Assembly (NCBI GenBank): GCA_045863395.1
Contig: BTVJ01000077.1
Span: forward strand, 1 to 34,828
Direction: 5' to 3'
Source of the DNA: Myxococcales bacterium
GTDB lineage: Bacteria > Myxococcota_A > UBA9042 > JABWCM01 > BTVJ01
DNA: 34,828 nucleotides
The notes under the pieces were generated by a model, which saw only the letters and a list, made by a program, of their open reading frames with translations, had not been told where the DNA came from and did no database searches. The translations under genes were made by a program, and so were the position numbers. Of the stretch, positions 20,501 to 29,275 are shown piece by piece (positions within the stretch are counted from its first letter, which is position 1; each line of letters starts with the position of its first letter).

Positions 20501-21132
20501 TCCCCCGAGTTCACCAGTACGTAGCCCAGCAGGTAGTACGCCGCGTCAGCGTAGCGGTAGTCCGGGAAGCGCTCGATCAGCGTGCGGTACATCCGCTCGG
20601 TGTCGTCGAAGCGCTGCACGGGTTGCACCGGCTCCGACGGGATCTTTCCACGGTTGTAGAGGTCGGCCTCCTTGTCGTAGCCAGCCATGGCAGTCGAGAA
20701 GTCGCTCGACGACTTCTCGTAGTAGAGCTCGGCGAGGCGGAACATGGCGTCGGGTGTGTGCTCCGGGTGGTTCGGGTACTTGACGACGAACTTCTGGAAC
20801 ACGTCGATCGCCTCGAGGCGCCGTCGCTGCTGCTCGACGTCGATCTCGCCGACGACCCGGTCATAGCTCTCGTTGATGAAGCCCTCGCGCCGCTTGATCT
20901 CGCTGCGGACGAGGTCGTTGACCTCCGAGCTCAGCTCCTTCGCGACCCCCCGGAACTCCGCGGCGCTGCGCTTGAACTCCTCGAGGGCCTCCTCGTACTC
21001 CAGCCCGCGGAGCCTGGAGATGGCGGTCCCTCCGGTCCCACGCCGGGGCGCAGCGTCAACGGCCGTCCACAGGAGGGCGGCCATCACCCCAACGAGCAGC
21101 GGGGCTCGTCGCATCGCCTGCGACCTACTCAT
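17524..21132 (-). CDS. GltD/AgmU-like large periplasmic TPR protein
   Basis: Signal peptide then about 1200 aa of TPR/BamD-like repeats (PDAMFRLAELYYE, YAAEAWLRVGEFHFD, YKLAWTYF, ADKALYNAA); C-terminal APVPDSL...YMTELED...NEWTRRALESINKYKPAEYP as recalled for GltD. Start placed at ATG 21132 (RBS GAGGGGG), overlapping the upstream stop; ORF-track start 21210. Confidence 0.85.
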   Translation of the reverse strand: MSRSQAMRRAPLLVGVMAALLWTAVDAAPRRGTGGTAISRLRGLEYEEALEEFKRSAAEFRGVAKELSSEVNDLVRSEIKRREGFINESYDRVVGEIDVEQQRRRLEAIDVFQKFVVKYPNHPEHTPDAMFRLAELYYEKSSSDFSTAMAGYDKEADLYNRGKIPSEPVQPVQRFDDTERMYRTLIERFPDYRYADAAYYLLGYVLVNSGEDDQARETFTTLVQRYPKSKYAAEAWLRVGEFHFDDGDWEQAVAAYKAAMEYPDSRFYEMAVYKLAWTYFQQYDYDKAIVAFKQLIESYDHVAEKGDRALAGALRIEAIEYLALSLAEDDWDGDGLPDDNAGVDRAMSYLRDGKPYEREIIAEYAKSLYELHERTKYAQAAEVYLRLIDRDPKAKENPEYMEKVIAIYDIMRDTDRSMKARLQLATMFAPGSPWYRANMDEPAATSTADRLVEQALRQTAQFHHQLAQELKSRASTESDPSLLEQAAREYQEAATAYAVYLDRYPASRDAYDLTFFHAETLFYSGRFLDGADRYVRVRDWPEKAKYREVAGFSAIKAIEKYMETEAAAGRLARSAVPGEVAAAEEEQGDGRQGRGTEVARVQGKPIPPLVSRWVGEVDAYVKADLNRAKDKDAQGNLAYQAAEMVHRFKQYDESRRRFAEIIDRYPGSEVAAYAAANIINSFKEENDWASIEKWAGIIAQKKIGKGEDAAKLQEEIRVFKLGAQFQRAEQLLAEEKYLAAAREFERLVDENEGRQVQFADKALYNAAMAYQQVHHYDSAARIFERIVTEPRFAQSEFVEDALFRLSENNKKFFNFDRAISGFLALVRKNPKNPNAPYSLFEAARLQQNDQQLVDAAANFERYEQLFLERDDAADALFRAASIYKDMGRHKDAERIFKQFIAKYGATPSANALVVQATLELADAAKARGNQREASSLYQKVIAEFQARGLQAGSEEAAFPAKAQFELIEMKFAEYKAIELKGNLTQMGKTLQRKEAMLYELEKAYIDIFPYKALDWTFAGYFRIGNIYQEYAKTLYSAPVPDSLTEEEEDLYMTELEDAGLRYENTAIERYETTLAKARELKVTNEWTRRALESINKYKPAEYPLLKQEKQVLEFSAVGAALPDAKPGEGVERPEEIEEPEDVVDPPAGEGATSPQAPGGEVPSAGSPAPTGAEPTPPEPPQSKPSGVLPEPDDADRSDGGQP

Positions 21133-23560
21133 CTGCCCCCTCACCCTCGTCCGGCTCCTCTTCGTCCGCGTCGCCGTCCCCTGGATCGCTGGGCGGCGGA
21201 GCGGGGGCATCGAAGCCCTCCTCCTCGACGATGGACTTCAGAGCCTCTTGAAGTTGAGACAGGCGGTCCGCCTTCTCCTGGCTGAGCTCGGCGATCCGGT
21301 CGCTCTTGGCCTGCTTCTCTGCCCAGGCGATGTCGAGCAGCCCGAGGTCGGCCTCCAGCACGACGGCCGTGACCTTGGCCTGAGCGTCCCGGAACAGCGC
21401 GTTTCCGACCTCCTTGGCAACACGCCTGGACTCCGCCTCGTAGGTCGCCGCCTCCGCCTTGTAGGACGCCAGCCTGTCTCGCTCCAGCGCAATGAGCCGC
21501 TTGTAGAGCGCGATCTTGTCGTCCGCTGATCGCTGGATGCGGTCGAGGATCGCGCCCAGCGCGGCGAAGTCGTCCATCGCCTGCGAACGCACCTGCCCGA
21601 AGGCCTCAGCGACCCGGCGCTCATCCGACGGCAGGGCGCCCGACAACCGCCGATACAGCTCGTGCTCGCGCTTGTGGGCGGCGATGAGCTGGTTCTTGAT
21701 GTTCCCTTCGGCGGTGGTCGCGAAATCGCCCACGCCGATGCGCGCGTTCTCCAGATCGATGTCGCGCTTGACCTGCTCCAGCTCATCGTAGAGTGCCTTG
21801 AGCGACTCCTTCTCGACTTCGAGATCCGCCAGCATCGCCTTCTCGTGCTCACCGCTCCCGGGGGCCACCTGCGCGGCGTACCTGGCGTCCGTCAGCACCT
21901 TGTCCATGGCCGCGAGCTGCTCCCGCACGCGCTGCAGGCCCTGCTCCGTGACGAAAGCATCACGCTTCAGGGCATCGAAGCGCTCGTCGACCTCCCTCCG
22001 GCGCTCCTTGTAGTCTGCGACCGTGTGCGGGACCCGCGCCGTGAAGCGCTCCTCGAGCGCGCGACGCTCCGCCACCAGCTCCTGAACGCGCGCCCGGTCG
22101 TCGGCCCCGGCGGAGCGCAGGAGCATGGCTGCCTCAGCGTCCAGAGTGTCCCGCGTCACGACCAGGAGGCGGTTCTCCGACTCCATGATCCGCACCCACC
22201 CCGCCTGAAGTGCGGGGAAGATGTCTACGCGGCTCGACGACGAGAGGGCCGCGTCCAACAGCGCGGCGATCTCCATCGACTCCTTGACGTCCGCGCGCTC
22301 CCGGGCCATGTCCGCGAAGAGGCTCAGCACGGGCTTCATGGTGTCCACCCGCTCGACGAACGCCGCAGTCCGTGCGGAGAGCGGCGCTGCCACGTCGACC
22401 TGGTCGGAGTGACGCCGCAGGAGCCACTCGAAGTAGCGCGCCAGGTTCTTGTCGCTGCGCGCAAAGTCCTCGAGCTCGTTCTTGATGGGTGTGAAGCGAC
22501 CGATGACGTCCTTGTAGGACTCGCTCGCGTCATCGGCGACGTTCATCTGGAGCTGCACCCGGGCGCGCAGGACGCTTGCATCCACCGCGAGCTGCTCGTC
22601 CTGGACTGTCAGCAGCAGCACGTCGAGCGTGTGGAGCGCTTGCTCGAGGCGACCCTGGGCAGCGTAGGCGTAGGCCATCTCGTAGAGCGCATCCTCGAAC
22701 CAGGGCGACCGGCGGTCGATGGTCTGATACGCGTCCACTGCGGCATCCACGAGACCCAGCTCGGCGGACAGTCGCCCGACGGACAGGGCAGCCTGCTCAC
22801 GCACACGGGAGTCGGCATCCTCGCCGGGCTCGGCGACCATGGCCTCCCGGAAGTACGAGATCGCCTGCTCGTAGTCCTGCCACCCGGTGGACACCACGCC
22901 AAGGTAGTAGCGGGACGGGCCGTAGAAGGGGTCGCCTGGGGGCACCTCGGCGAGCCGAGTCGCCGCGTCCCGGTCGCGTCCCAGCCGCAGCAACGCCTTG
23001 CCCCAGGCGTACTTGACACCCGGCGCGGCGCTCCCCCAGGCGCGCTCGAGTTGCTTGACCAGGTCTGCGAGCTTGTCGCTCCAGCCCAGGTTGAGGGCGA
23101 TCTCAACGAGCAACCGCATGGCGTCGTTGGCCTGAGGGGCGCGGGTGAGCACCAGCTCGTCGAAGTACTGCCGCGCAGCGAGCCAGTTGCGCTCGAGGTA
23201 GAGGCTGTGACCGAGCAGCCACAACGCCTCCGTGTAGTCGGTGTTCTTCTTGAACACCGGGTTCTCCACCAGGTCCAGCAGGAGGATGCTGGCCATGTCG
23301 TAGTGGCGCAGATCGTAGTGGACCCTGGCATCGACCAGCCGCTTCTCAAGATCGTAGGTCGCGCCTTGCGCTACGGGCCTGGCGAACTCCTCCTGGAGCT
23401 GCTTGATGGAGCTCTCGATGTTTCCCAGATCCGTCCGCGCCCGATGCAGGACCTCGTCGTGTGCCGGCTCCGCGAACGACATGCGCGGGAGGAGCACGAG
23501 CGCCACTGCGAGCAGCGGCGCCATCAGTGGGTGGCTGCACATGCCGACGTTCCGCCTCAC
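21125..23560 (-). CDS. GltC-like TPR and coiled-coil periplasmic protein
   Basis: Signal peptide ending SFA-E, TPRs (YQTIDRRSPWFEDALYEMAYAY), long coiled-coil C-terminal half ending EADLGLLDIAWAEKQ; GTGA overlap with the upstream gene. Confidence 0.75.
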   Translation of the reverse strand: MRRNVGMCSHPLMAPLLAVALVLLPRMSFAEPAHDEVLHRARTDLGNIESSIKQLQEEFARPVAQGATYDLEKRLVDARVHYDLRHYDMASILLLDLVENPVFKKNTDYTEALWLLGHSLYLERNWLAARQYFDELVLTRAPQANDAMRLLVEIALNLGWSDKLADLVKQLERAWGSAAPGVKYAWGKALLRLGRDRDAATRLAEVPPGDPFYGPSRYYLGVVSTGWQDYEQAISYFREAMVAEPGEDADSRVREQAALSVGRLSAELGLVDAAVDAYQTIDRRSPWFEDALYEMAYAYAAQGRLEQALHTLDVLLLTVQDEQLAVDASVLRARVQLQMNVADDASESYKDVIGRFTPIKNELEDFARSDKNLARYFEWLLRRHSDQVDVAAPLSARTAAFVERVDTMKPVLSLFADMARERADVKESMEIAALLDAALSSSSRVDIFPALQAGWVRIMESENRLLVVTRDTLDAEAAMLLRSAGADDRARVQELVAERRALEERFTARVPHTVADYKERRREVDERFDALKRDAFVTEQGLQRVREQLAAMDKVLTDARYAAQVAPGSGEHEKAMLADLEVEKESLKALYDELEQVKRDIDLENARIGVGDFATTAEGNIKNQLIAAHKREHELYRRLSGALPSDERRVAEAFGQVRSQAMDDFAALGAILDRIQRSADDKIALYKRLIALERDRLASYKAEAATYEAESRRVAKEVGNALFRDAQAKVTAVVLEADLGLLDIAWAEKQAKSDRIAELSQEKADRLSQLQEALKSIVEEEGFDAPAPPPSDPGDGDADEEEPDEGEGADE

Positions 23561-24288
23561 TCCTTGCCCGGGCTCGCGGGGAGCTCGGAGCCGAACTTGG
23601 CGAGGTTCTCCTTGCTGTACTGGAACTGCTGGACCTCGTACTTGACGTACGGCTTGTCCTGGAGATCCGTCGTGATGTCCCCCTTCTCATAGCCGACCAC
23701 GGCCACCTTGGTGATGCGCCCCTTGGTCGCATAGAAGGTGTAGTTCGACTTGATCTTGAAGAGATAGCCATCCACGTAGCTGAACAACCCGCCGGAGCCT
23801 CGATACACGAGCTCGACGGAGATCATGTGGTTGCCAGGCAGGACGTTGCCATTGAAGATCTCGAAGTCCTTTCGGGAGTCGAGGACCCCGCCGCGGTTGT
23901 CCTGGAAGTAGATCTTCTTGCCATCCAGGTAGTACAGGACCTGCTCGAGGGTGAAGTCACCGCTCATCTCGTTGCGATGGACGACGACGGCCTTCGCTTC
24001 GGCGATCACGTTGTGCAGGATCTGCTCGCGGAGCAGCACGAGGCGGCTCTTGGTCTTGTAGACCTTCTCCTTCAGGCCGACGACCTTCTCCTCCAGATCT
24101 CGGAGCCGTGAGTCATAGTCGTCCGCCCCTTGGGTAGCCTGACCCTCAGGGGACTTGGGCGCCCCGAGCGCACGAAGGTCGGCCTCCGGCGTGCCGCCGC
24201 CACCTCCCTGTGCCGCTTGCGCAGCCACGGAGCCACCCTGTACGCACACGCATAGCGCCAGGGCGTACAGGGCCACAAAACGTCTCAT
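23557..24288 (-). CDS. Secreted hypothetical protein (coiled coil plus beta-rich domain), first gene of the glt-like cluster
   Basis: Signal peptide, coiled coil LRDLEEKVVGLKEKVYKTKSRL, beta-rich domain HRNEM...YYLDG...PGNH...YRGSGGLFSYVDGYLF; RBS GGGGAGG; coupled to the next gene. Confidence 0.85.
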   Translation of the reverse strand: MRRFVALYALALCVCVQGGSVAAQAAQGGGGGTPEADLRALGAPKSPEGQATQGADDYDSRLRDLEEKVVGLKEKVYKTKSRLVLLREQILHNVIAEAKAVVVHRNEMSGDFTLEQVLYYLDGKKIYFQDNRGGVLDSRKDFEIFNGNVLPGNHMISVELVYRGSGGLFSYVDGYLFKIKSNYTFYATKGRITKVAVVGYEKGDITTDLQDKPYVKYEVQQFQYSKENLAKFGSELPASPGKE

Positions 24289-24385
24289 GGTGCGTCGCCT
24301 CCCCTTGCGGGTTGCGCTCGGAACATTTCCATATCCAAATGCTTGAATTCAAAGAGAAAAGCAAGCCAGACCAGACATCGCGCCA

Positions 24386-24415
24386 AGTATAGCCCACCCG
24401 TCCGACCCTGGTCAA
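24386..24415 (-). promoter_or_regulatory. Sigma70-type promoter of the glt-like cluster
   Basis: Minus strand TTGACC-N18-TATACT, about 100 nt upstream of ATG 24288. Confidence 0.7.
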
Positions 24416-24537
24416 TTCGACGGCGGGTGACCATGCCGGGTCAAGCAGGTCCGGATCGCGCCGTCCGCAACCAGAGGACGGAGCGCCGCGGGGCATCTAT
24501 CGGCCGTTCTACGGAGGTCATGAGTGCGCAGAGCAGC

Positions 24538-25581
24538 TCAGCTCGCAGTGGGGTCCCACGGACCTGGCGCCTGGGGAGGATCCAGCCGGGCCACGAGGTC
24601 GACCAGTGCGCGCAAGAATGACTGCACTCCCTCACCGGTCGCGCAGGAGATCACTTGGAAGGAGCGGCCGGTGGCGGCCACGCGGGCGCGAAGATCAGCC
24701 AACGCAGCCTCACGATCAGGGCGCGGGATCAGGTCGATCTTGTTGAGCAGCACCATGGTGGGTCGCTCCAGGAGCGACGCGTCGTAGGATCGCAGCTCGT
24801 CCGTGATCAAGCCCCAGGATGCGAGCGGATCCCGGTCCAGCTCGACACCGACCACGTGCACGAGCACCTTCGTGCGCTCTACGTGGCGAAGGAAGCGGTC
24901 TCCCAGCCCGGCCCCCTCGTGCGCCCCCTCGATGAGACCCGGGATGTCCGCCACGACGAAGGGGCGGCCGGGCGCGTCGACCACGCCCAGGTTCGGCGAG
25001 AGGGTCGTGAAGGGGTAGGCACCGACGCGCGCCTTCGAGGCGGAGATGCAGCGGATCAATGATGACTTGCCGGCGTTGGGCAGCCCGACCAGGCCCACGT
25101 CCGCCAGCAGCTTGAGCGTCAGCGAGATGCGGCGCTGCTCGCCGGGGAGCCCCTGCTGCGCGAAGTCCGGCGCCTGGCGGGTGGGCGTCGCAAAGTGGAC
25201 GTTGCCACGCCCTCCCTTGCCACCGCGGACCACCACGAAGCGCTGCCCGTTGGCGACCATGTCTTCGATGAGGTCGCCCGTCTCCGCGTCCCGCACGACG
25301 GTGCCGACGGGGACCCGGATGTCGATGGACCCGCCATCGGCGCCACGACGCTTGACGGCCTGACCGTCGCGGCCGCGGCCCGCCCGAAACAGGGTGTGTC
25401 CTCGAAATGACTGGAGGGTGGAGAGGTCTGCGCTCGCGACGAGCGTCACATCGCCCCCGCGGCCCCCGTCCCCGCCATCGGGACCGCCCCGCAACACGAG
25501 GGCTTCCCTATGAAAGGACACGCAGCCGCGCCCGCCGTCGCCTGCGACGACCGTGATGGTGGCTTCGTCGATGAACCGCAT
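24538..25581 (-). CDS. obgE: GTPase ObgE/CgtA
   Basis: MRFIDEA, Gly-rich Obg fold, G1 GLPNAGKS, G2 YPFTTL, G3 DIPGLIEGA, G4 NKID; follows rplU-rpmA. Confidence 0.98.
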   Translation of the reverse strand: MRFIDEATITVVAGDGGRGCVSFHREALVLRGGPDGGDGGRGGDVTLVASADLSTLQSFRGHTLFRAGRGRDGQAVKRRGADGGSIDIRVPVGTVVRDAETGDLIEDMVANGQRFVVVRGGKGGRGNVHFATPTRQAPDFAQQGLPGEQRRISLTLKLLADVGLVGLPNAGKSSLIRCISASKARVGAYPFTTLSPNLGVVDAPGRPFVVADIPGLIEGAHEGAGLGDRFLRHVERTKVLVHVVGVELDRDPLASWGLITDELRSYDASLLERPTMVLLNKIDLIPRPDREAALADLRARVAATGRSFQVISCATGEGVQSFLRALVDLVARLDPPQAPGPWDPTAS

Positions 25582-25638
25582 GGCCGTGACATCGCTGGAG
25601 GGAGAGGCAGTACCAGGAGGGACGCGTCGCTCGAAGGG

Positions 25639-25905
25639 CTACTGCTCGGCCACCACGGGGTACACGCTGATGCGGGTGCGATCCTTGGCGCCGTGCTCGA
25701 ACGCCACCACTCCCTCCACCAAGGCGAAGAGGGTGTAGTCGCGACCCATGCCGACATTGCGGCCCGGATGGAACACGGTCCCAAGCTGGCGAACGATGAT
25801 GTTTCCTGCCAGGACCTGCTCGCCGGCGTACCGCTTCACGCCGCGCCGCTGGCCGGCGCTGTCGCGCCCGTTGCGGGAGCTACCCTGTCCTTTCTTGTGA
25901 GCCAT
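25639..25905 (-). CDS. rpmA: 50S ribosomal protein L27
   Basis: [16 protein letters not shown]...[10 protein letters not shown]...[12 protein letters not shown]. Confidence 0.99.
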   Translation of the reverse strand: MAHKKGQGSSRNGRDSAGQRRGVKRYAGEQVLAGNIIVRQLGTVFHPGRNVGMGRDYTLFALVEGVVAFEHGAKDRTRISVYPVVAEQ

Positions 25906-25949
25906 TGATCTCTGCTCCTTGCGCCTGTGGGATCAGCGCGGCCCGTCCC

Positions 25950-26264
25950 TCAGCCGTTGTGGACGCCCGTGATCTGCACGCGTGTGTAGTACTGTCGATG
26001 ACCGCGACGCAGGCGGTAGTTCTTGCGCCGCCGGTACTTGAAGACCAGGATCTTCTTCGCGCGATCCTGGCGAATCACCTTGCCCGTCACCTTGGCGCCC
26101 GCAACGAAGGGACGCCCGACGGTCGTGCTGCCGTCGTCGGCGATGAGGAGGACCTCGTCGAACTGGACGTCAGCGCCCACCTCGTAGGGGAGCTTCTCGA
26201 CGTCGACCCACTGGCCCTCGGCGACGCGGTACTGCTTGCCACCGGTTCGAATCACCGCGTACAT
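25950..26264 (-). CDS. rplU: 50S ribosomal protein L21
   Basis: MYAVIRTGGKQYRV...FKYRRRKNYRLRRGHRQ; start ATG 26264 with RBS AGGAGG. Confidence 0.99.
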   Translation of the reverse strand: MYAVIRTGGKQYRVAEGQWVDVEKLPYEVGADVQFDEVLLIADDGSTTVGRPFVAGAKVTGKVIRQDRAKKILVFKYRRRKNYRLRRGHRQYYTRVQITGVHNG

Positions 26265-26354
26265 GACCCTGTCCTCCTGAAACCACTGTCCAAAAGCCTG
26301 CAACTGGTCCCCGTGCCCGTGCACGAATCGCGGCTCGCCGCGCGAGGGGCCTGG

Positions 26355-26383
26355 AACTTACGCGAGCCCGAAATCGATGTCAA
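26355..26383 (-). promoter_or_regulatory. Sigma70-type promoter of rplU-rpmA-obgE
   Basis: Minus strand TTGACA-N17-TAAGTT; the -35 box overlaps the EVE gene stop codon. Confidence 0.7.
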
Positions 26384-26790
26384 GCGTCTCCCGCGAGCTC
26401 GAGGACGCGGGTCCACTCCGCCTCCGTGACCGGCTGGACGGACAGGCGTGAGCTTCGGACGAGGACCATCTGCGACAGCGCAGGGTCCGCCTTGACGGCG
26501 TCGAGGCTGACGCGCCGGCTCAGGAGCCGCACCGGAGCCACGTCGACACACTCCCAGCGAGGGTCGTCCGTGCTCGGATCCTGGTGGGCGGTCGCGACCA
26601 CGCGCGCGATGCCCACGATGGCCCTCTCCTTCACCGAGTAGTAGATGAAGGCCAGGTCGCCGACGGACATCTCGCGCATGTTGTTGCGCGCCAGGTAGTT
26701 GCGCACGCCGTCCCAGGCGGTGCGACCCGCCAGGACGAGGTCGTCCCACGAGAAGGTCTCGGGCTCGGTCTTCATGAGCCAGTGGCGCAT
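26380..26790 (-). CDS. EVE domain protein (PUA-like)
   Basis: WLMKTEPETFSWDDL...WDGVRNYLARNNMREM..GDLAFIYYS...SRLSVQPVTEAEW; ATG 26790 overlaps the mtnA stop (TGATG). Confidence 0.93.
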   Translation of the reverse strand: MRHWLMKTEPETFSWDDLVLAGRTAWDGVRNYLARNNMREMSVGDLAFIYYSVKERAIVGIARVVATAHQDPSTDDPRWECVDVAPVRLLSRRVSLDAVKADPALSQMVLVRSSRLSVQPVTEAEWTRVLELAGDA

Positions 26791-27833
26791 CAGCCCTCGC
26801 GACGGGCACACGCGGCGCGCAGGGACTCCGCGTAGGGAGGGCGCGCCACGCCTGCCTCCGTGATGATGCCCGCGATGTACCTCGCTGGGGTCACGTCGAA
26901 GGCCGGGTTGCGGACCGCCACATCCGGGGCGGTGCGAGCGGTGCCGAAGGTGCGCACCTCATCGGCGGAGCGCTCCTCGATGGGGATCCCGTCACCGTCG
27001 GGGAGAGACCGATCGACCGTGCTCGTGGGCGCAGCGACGTAGAAGGGCACGCCGTTCTCGTGGGCCAGGACCGCCACCGAGTACGTGCCTACCTTGTTGG
27101 CCGTATCTCCGTTGGCCGCGATGCGGTCCGCCCCCACGAAGACGGCGTCGATGGAGCCCGTGCGTAGGAAGTGCCCCGCCATGGAGTCGGTGATCAGCGT
27201 CACGTCCACGCCGCTCCGCGCGAGCTCCCACGCGGTGAGGCGCGCCCCTTGAAGGAGGGGGCGCGTCTCGTCCGCGAGCACCCTGACACGCCGCCCGGAG
27301 GCGACCGCCGCCCGCACGACGCCGAGCGCCGTCCCGATGCCGCCCGTGGCCAGCCCCCCCGTGTTGCAGTGGGTGAGCAGCGTCACGTCCTGGCCGAGAA
27401 GCGCCGCGCCGTGGGCCCCGATGGCCTCGCACATCGCCGCGTCCTCGGCGTGGATTCGGCGCGCCTCGACTTCGAGGATCGCGACGCGCTCCTCCCGTGG
27501 CGTCCGGTGGGACGCGGCGAGGACGGCCTCCATGCGGTCCAGCGCCCAGAACAGGTTCACCGCCGTCGGGCGTGTGCCCCGCAGGACGGACGACGCGTCC
27601 AGGACGCCGGCGTCGAGATCGCCCGAGGTCACCCTTGCGGCGAGCGCAACACCGTAGGCGGCCGTGATTCCGATGGCGGGAGCGCCGCGCACGACGAGGC
27701 GGCGGATGGCGTCGGCCACGCCCTCCACGGTGTCATAGGACCGGTAGCGCTCCTCCCCCGGGAGGAGCGTCTGGTCCAGCAGGGTCACCCCGCGCTCGTC
27801 GAAGGCCACCGTCTCGAACCCGAGGGCCGTCAT
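26790..27833 (-). CDS. mtnA: S-methyl-5-thioribose-1-phosphate isomerase
   Basis: [75 protein letters not shown] 27833 overlaps the gatB stop (ATGA). Confidence 0.95.
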   Translation of the reverse strand: MTALGFETVAFDERGVTLLDQTLLPGEERYRSYDTVEGVADAIRRLVVRGAPAIGITAAYGVALAARVTSGDLDAGVLDASSVLRGTRPTAVNLFWALDRMEAVLAASHRTPREERVAILEVEARRIHAEDAAMCEAIGAHGAALLGQDVTLLTHCNTGGLATGGIGTALGVVRAAVASGRRVRVLADETRPLLQGARLTAWELARSGVDVTLITDSMAGHFLRTGSIDAVFVGADRIAANGDTANKVGTYSVAVLAHENGVPFYVAAPTSTVDRSLPDGDGIPIEERSADEVRTFGTARTAPDVAVRNPAFDVTPARYIAGIITEAGVARPPYAESLRAACARREG

Positions 27834-29275
27834 GCTCCAAGCTCCTGGTCGAGGATCTCGTTGACCACCTGGGGGTTGGCCTTCCCGCCCGTCGCCTTCA
27901 TCACCTGGCCCACGAAGTAGCCGCGCAGCGCCGCCCGCCCTGCCCGAAGCTGCTCGAGCTGCTTCGGGCTCTCGGCGATCACGCGACGGACGACCTCGGT
28001 GATGGCCCCGGCGTCCGTAATCTGCGAGCCCATGGAGGCGACGACGTCGTCGGGGTCGGCGCCCTCGTAGACCCGAGCGAACACGTCCTTGGCCATCTTG
28101 CCGCTGATGGTCCCATCGTCCATCAGCGTCAGGATGCGGGCGAGGCGACCGGGGGGCACGGGGCTCGCCGGGATCTCGCGCCCCTCCTTGGCCAGGGCGC
28201 CGAGCAGCTCCGTCGTGATCCAGTTGACCGCCTTCTTGGGCTCGCCGCCGTATTCCGCGAGTACGGCCTCGTAGTAGTCGGCGAGCTCCTTGGCGGACAC
28301 CAGCACCGAGGCGTCGTAGGGCGACAGCCCATGTGCCTCCATGAAGCGCCGCCGCTTCTGGTCCGGGAGCTCGGGCAGCGCCGCACGCAGCGCCTCCACC
28401 CACTCCTGCGACACCTCGACGGGGAGGAGGTCCGGCTCCGGGAAGTAGCGGTAGTCGTGGGCCTCCTCCTTGGAGCGCATGGGCTCCGTCCGGCCGAGGT
28501 CCGCGTTCCAGAGGCGCGTCTCCTGCCTGACGGTGCCGCCGCCCTCCAGCACCTCGCGCTGGCGCTCCACCTCATAGCAGAGCGCCCGGTGCACGTTGCG
28601 GAAGGAGTTGATGTTCTTGAGCTCGGTCCGCGTGCCGAAGGTGTCGGAGCCCAACGGTCGGATGGACACGTTGGCGTCGCACCGGAACGAGCCCTCTTCG
28701 AGGTTTCCGTCGCAGATGTCCAGGTAGCGGACGATGTTGCGCAGGGTCTTGAGGTAGGCGACCGCCTCGTCGGGGCTGCGCAGGTCGGGCTTGCCGACGA
28801 TCTCGATGAGGGGCACCCCGGCGCGGTTGAGGTCCACGCGGCTCTCGTGCCGGTCCGTGTCATGTACGGTCTTGCCGGCGTCCTCCTCCATGTGGATTCG
28901 GATGAGCCCGGCGCGCTTGGTCCGCACCGTCCCGTCCGCCTGCTCCACGTCGATGTCGATGGACCCCTCCTCGCAGAGGGGCTCGTCGAACTGGCTGATC
29001 TGGTAGCCCTTCGGGAGGTCCGGGTAGAAGTAGTTCTTGCGCGCGAACCGACAGCGCGAGCGAATGCGACAGCCCGTCGCCACGCCCGCCATGACCGCCA
29101 TGCGCAACGCCTCCCCGTTGAGCACGGGGAGCACCCCCGGCATCCCGAGGCACACGGGGCAGGTCTGCACGTTGGGCATCTCGCCGTAGGTCGTGCGACA
29201 CCCGCAGAAGATCTTGGTCGCGGTCTTGAGCTGGGCGTGGACCTCCAGCCCGATGACGGTCTCCCACGTTGTCAT
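27830..29275 (-). CDS. gatB: Asp/Glu-tRNA amidotransferase subunit B
   Basis: [68 protein letters not shown] 29275 overlaps the gatA stop. Confidence 0.99.
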   Translation of the reverse strand: MTTWETVIGLEVHAQLKTATKIFCGCRTTYGEMPNVQTCPVCLGMPGVLPVLNGEALRMAVMAGVATGCRIRSRCRFARKNYFYPDLPKGYQISQFDEPLCEEGSIDIDVEQADGTVRTKRAGLIRIHMEEDAGKTVHDTDRHESRVDLNRAGVPLIEIVGKPDLRSPDEAVAYLKTLRNIVRYLDICDGNLEEGSFRCDANVSIRPLGSDTFGTRTELKNINSFRNVHRALCYEVERQREVLEGGGTVRQETRLWNADLGRTEPMRSKEEAHDYRYFPEPDLLPVEVSQEWVEALRAALPELPDQKRRRFMEAHGLSPYDASVLVSAKELADYYEAVLAEYGGEPKKAVNWITTELLGALAKEGREIPASPVPPGRLARILTLMDDGTISGKMAKDVFARVYEGADPDDVVASMGSQITDAGAITEVVRRVIAESPKQLEQLRAGRAALRGYFVGQVMKATGGKANPQVVNEILDQELGA

